Shown here piece by piece: positions 59,412 to 64,000 of a stretch of 64,000 bases of DNA (the stretch's first letter is position 1; every line of letters starts with the position of its first letter). A model generated the notes under the pieces. It did no database searches. It saw only the letters and a program-made list of their open reading frames with translations, and had not been told where the DNA came from. The DNA is from Epithemia pelagica (lineage: Eukaryota > Protista > Bacillariophyta): the NCBI GenBank assembly GCA_946965045.2, contig OX337240.1:2914001-2978000 (forward strand), written 5' to 3'. The translations under genes were made by a program, and so were the position numbers.

Positions 59412-62400
59412 ATGTCGGCATCTCCCCAACATCATCAAGAAGAACACTTCTTGGAAGAGGAATCATCGCCACAACAAGGACCTCTTCTTCCAGAGCACTG
59501 TTTAGAGGAAGATGCTGGGACTACCACTCTTTCTTATGGCGGACGAACGAATCGAAGTACAGCGGGAAGAACCTTTGGAACTACTAGTCCCACGGCAAAT
59601 CGATTGGGCAAGGGTCGTCGATCTCGATCGGTCTGGTATGGTCGATTGGTCTTTGTGGTATGTTTAGTCGGGGCTGCAGCGGCATTGGGTGCCTTGGCCT
59701 ATTGGATTTTGCGTCGGAGTGAAGAATCGCGTGCCGAAACACGCTTTGAAAGCATTGCAGAGCGTGCCCTGCGTATGGCGCAATTGGTCTTGGAAGAAAG
59801 AAAGTTGACCACGGATAGTTTGGCCCATGTCGCGGCTGCGGCGCACCCCTTGGCCAGTGCGTGGCCCAATGTGTATATTCCTGGCTTTGAAGAAATTGCC
59901 ACGAGTTTGCGACTCGTGACGGAAGGACAAGGTGTCTCCTTTTGTCCGCTCATAACCCAACCGGGAACGCAACAACAATGGGACTTTGAAGCCTTTGCCT
60001 ACAACTTGTTTGAGGAACGAGGCTTTCCCAATCATACCGGTATTAGTGCGTTTGGAAAGGGTATTTTCAATTTTGGCAGCGTCGATCCCGTGACCAATCA
60101 ATCCTGGCCCGACAGTCGATATCATGCCGTGACGAATAGGACCTATTGGGGCAATCCCAACGACATTTTGGTACCCTTTATCCAAAATGATTTGGGGTAT
60201 CATACGGTATTAATGTTGAATATCAATTACGAACATACGCGAGGGGAATTGATTGCGGATATCTTGAAGTGTGGAATGGAACGAGAAATCATGGGAGATT
60301 TTCGTGAATGTGGAGGATTGAGCAATCTCATGTGGAGTCCCACCAATCATGATGTCGATCCAGGACCGGCTGGTATGATCATGGTTCCTATTTATCCCGA
60401 AAAGGACAATACAACGGTACGTGAACTAATGCCAAAGAAAAGAGAGACAAGGAATGCCGGTTCGCGAGGAGTTTTGTGGAACTGTGTAGTCTCTTATCTC
60501 ACACACTCCATCATGGATCTCTCTCTCCTCTTTTAGATTACTGGCTTTATTGTAACCAAGACCATCTTTCACGATTTGTTGCGTCATGGCTTCACCGAAG
60601 ATGTCGATGGTATATATGCCGTCTTACGGACACCAACATTGGCTCACTCGTACATGATCAATGGAGGGATTGCCCATTATGAAGGACAAGTCGACCTCAA
60701 GGTCCCGGAAGACGGTGAAGAGGTGCATGAACATGAACCCATGCACAATGAAAACGAATCACATAACTATATGACCCCACACAAGTCGCGATATGCCGCT
60801 TCGGCGCATATCAATCCTCGATACTTTGGCACCTTCACCGTGCCTTATTATTTGGATTTGTATTCCACCCAAGAGTACGAGGAGAGTTTTCACACGCACA
60901 ATCCATGGATTGCCTGTATTGGTGCTGTGGTCATTATTTTGTGTACCAGTCTCTTGTTTTTCGGATACGACTTTTTTGTTAAGAAGGAATTTGACTCTCA
61001 TCAAAACTTGTTGCAAGCCAAACGTCAATTTGTTCGGTTTGTGAGTCACGAAGTCCGAACACCGCTCAATACTGTTTGTATGGGATTGACCTTGCTCCAA
61101 CATGACTTTGTGAGTCAATTGCGAGTCTTGCAACAGCAACAACAGCAATCGCATGAGGAGCGGCAACATGCAGAATCTTCGCCAAGCAGTGAAATGTCCT
61201 CCACAGGTGACAAGGATAGCTTGGAGCAGCCCAAACCTCAACATGACACGAGTGGTCCTGTCATGTCGTCGGATGGCAACTCGTCTCACAAGCAAAGTCC
61301 GTCCAACGCCTTGCAACCACAAGAGCAGTTGTTGGAAGAATGGGTGTCCCTGGCTCAACAAATTCATCAAAATGCCGACACAGCGGTGGGTGTCTTGAAC
61401 GATTTACTTAATTACGACAAGATTCAAATGGGAACCTTGACGTTGGAGTTTTCCCTTTTGTCTCCATGGACGGTTGTGGAACGAGTGGTACACGAATTCA
61501 AAATTGCCGCCTGGGAAAAGAAGGTTAAGTTGGAGTTGGATTGGTCACCACTTATCCTTTCCAAGAAGGATGCCATGGTGCAAGGAATGCAAGCCATTAT
61601 GCAGGGGTTAGAAATAAGCACTGCAAGTGGTCACCTCGAAAAAGAACAACAGGGGCAAGAAGAGACTCCTGCCGACGAGGAGAATACCAAGAACACAAAG
61701 GATGAAGCGGACTTTGTCGATCCCGAACAAGCCATGGCGCCAAAACGAATGTCCAAATCATCGTGTTCCAAGATTCGAAGCTCTTCACAACTCCCCAGTC
61801 ACCTGCGACACTACTGCAAGATTGTGGCCGATCACATTCGGATCGCTCAAGTTATACGCAACTTGATTTCGAATGGACTCAAATTCACCAAGGAAAACGG
61901 TACGTATTCTTTGCATTCATTCATTTTGATTATCCGTGTGTGAGTTTGTGTCTCACAGCTTCACGCCTTGTACTCCGCTTCACGTTTCTGTAATATTGAT
62001 TTAGGCCATCTGATTGTTCGAGTGCTGGAGAAACCATGCCGCAGAGGGAAAGTACGAGTCATGGAAGAATTCACACTCGAGAATGGAGAAGAAATCAAAT
62101 TGCTTCGACGAGGTGACGTTTTGGTTCAAGTTATTGACGACGGTGTCGGCATGACGCAAGAACAAGTCCGAAACGTATTCAAAGATGGAACACAATATAA
62201 CTCGAACAAGTTACAAGCAGGAGGAGGGAGTGGACTTGGCTTGAATATCGCCAAGGGTATTGCCGTTGAACATCGTGGACAACTCACCTGCAATTCAGAA
62301 GGAATCGGTAAAGGGGCGACCTTTACCTTGTCTCTTCCACACTACGAGGAGCAGAAAGTTGTGGTTGATCCTAGCAAGAATGACAAGGTCGGAAAGCAGA

Positions 62401-62903
62401 AACAGATTCCAGGCAATCCTATGGGTAACTCGCGATCCACCCAAAGTGAAACTGAAGAATGCGAAGATTCGTGTGAAATCCCTCAATTCCGAATCCTGGT
62501 GGTGGATGATTCAGCGACCAACCGGAAGCTCTGTATGCGATTGCTTTCCCGACATGGACACATCTGCGACGGCGCCATGGACGGTCAAGAAGGTGTAGAC
62601 CGGGCACTGGAAGCTATGGATCAAGGGCACCCGTACGATTGCATCTTGTTGGACTACGAAATGCCTCGTATGAATGGCCCCAGTGCTTGCCAAGCCATGC
62701 GTGAGCGTGGCTGTGATAGCTACATTGTTGGTGTCACAGGCAATGTCATGTCGGAAGATGTTGCTCATTTTAGATCCTGTGGAGCCAATTGGGTTTTACC
62801 GAAGCCTTTTCAACTCGAAGCTTTGGAGCAACGGTGGGTGGAGTCCGGTCTCACACCTCACAACACTCCCAATGATATTCACAAAACTGTCCATGAGCAT
62901 TAG
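59412..62903 (+). CDS. Membrane-bound hybrid sensor histidine kinase with receiver domain; exons 59412-60416, 60537-61899, 62005-62903
   Basis: Two TM segments flank a ~370-aa sensor region. H-box FVSHEVRTPLN, N-box RNLISNGLKFT, G1 VIDDGVGM, G2 GSGLGLNI; receiver ILVVDD, LLDYEMP, KPF. Both GT-AG introns restore the frame. Confidence 0.92.
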
Positions 62904-63067
62904 AATCGACACGAAGAACCTGCGAAACCTTCCATGGATGTTCAAGGGATATCTAATTCTCAGGTCGCATGGTGACTCCAAACTCAGTTTCTGGAGAATC
63001 AAAGTCTTCTTGAATGGAACCTTGTGACGAAAGCAAGTTCAACTTATGCCCCAGAAGGCCTTGCGCT

Positions 63068-63377
63068 TAGGGCTATCAAACTTAGGCACTCAGATTTTTA
63101 GCGTAGTTTCTAAAGAAGTTTAGGTGAAACTTAGGTTTTGAAGTTTAGGTAATTTAGGTAGCTCTGAAAAATGGCTACTTCCCTCAACTACACGGAAGAT
63201 CACTGGACGTTGACACCAACAACCAACATTCACAGACAGGCATTCAATTTATAGGCTAAATATTTAAAGGACCACCCGAAACTTCGGTAGGGCAAAAGCA
63301 GCAACATGAAACTTTGGATAAACTTAGGTACCGAAGTTTAGGACAAGAAACTTCGACGATGAAACTTGATACCTATA
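63068..63377. mobile_element. 310-bp hAT-type MITE
   Basis: Perfect 8-bp TSD CTTGCGCT (63060-63067 and 63378-63385); imperfect TIR TAGGGCTATCAA vs TATAGGTATCAA; internal AAACTTAGG/AAGTTTAGG repeats. Confidence 0.7.
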
Positions 63378-64000
63378 CTTGCGCTTTGCGACTGTTGAAA
63401 CACACGATGGCCAAAGGATGGATACGTTTGTCAAACGAGGCAAGCCGCTCGTTAGACCATACCGTTGTTCCATTTTCGAGAGTAAAATTGAAGATCTGAT
63501 TGGTTTACATTTTTCTTCCAGTAACATGGAAACACGTTGTCGACCGTTGTGGTTAGTCCACACTGTCATACAACCTACATGTCCTAGCATCAACAAAATG
63601 ATGTAATATTAGAAAGATAGATGGAACCAGTGACCAATAGGAGCAGTTTTAACAAGCCCTAGTAATGAATGGTTGCGCAAGAGAATGATAAGGTGTCAAT
63701 AGTAAATCAGCTTTCCATCCGCCTGTCTTAGGTGACCTTTCCAGGACAAACTCCCCGCAAAACGTAAGAAGTTGTCAATATGAGCTGGGAAATATGATCT
63801 TTTCTTTTTAAGAAACCCCGAACCTGACCAGGACTGTTACCTGTTATGTTTCCGTTCATTGAATCACCATGGACTCCACGGAAGAACTAAAATTCCTGCC
63901 TGTGCATCCTAGATCCTAGCTGATACAAATAATAGAAGCATCCGAGATCCGAGATCCGAGATCTAGGCATCAAAACATGCATGGACACGAACATTACGGC

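Noticed and set aside
63068-63345. Telomere-like TTAGG repeats
   Set aside because: They are dispersed, not tandem, and are bounded by an 8-bp TSD, so they are MITE-internal motifs.

Overview
Eukaryotic genomic DNA with short GT-AG introns, very probably from a diatom, judged from the AdoMetDC-aminopropyltransferase-SET fusions and CoDi-type Ty1/copia elements. The left third holds four paralogous spliced genes of the family proposed to make and methylate long-chain polyamines (LCPA). One keeps all three modules, one has lost the SET core, and two inverted-duplicate copies keep only a degenerate aminopropyltransferase plus an intact SET domain. A young copia element with identical 122-bp LTRs (9137-15432) lies between them. 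Its putative PBS matches a tRNA-Ile(GAU) anticodon arm, and a single in-frame UGA separates gag from pol. A second, decayed copia (24808-47931, TSD ATACG) sits 11 bp upstream of one LCPA-family gene, and its PBS is complementary to its own LTR, suggesting self-priming. It hosts a 923-bp MULE in its 3' LTR and a 16-kb Plavaka/CMC-like DNA transposon carrying a double-RING gene in its integrase region. The right end has microsatellites, five TSD-bounded MITEs (four hAT-type, one Harbinger-type) and a spliced hybrid sensor histidine kinase. No rRNA, tRNA or CRISPR array was found. All alignments and boundaries were read by eye and no database search was run.
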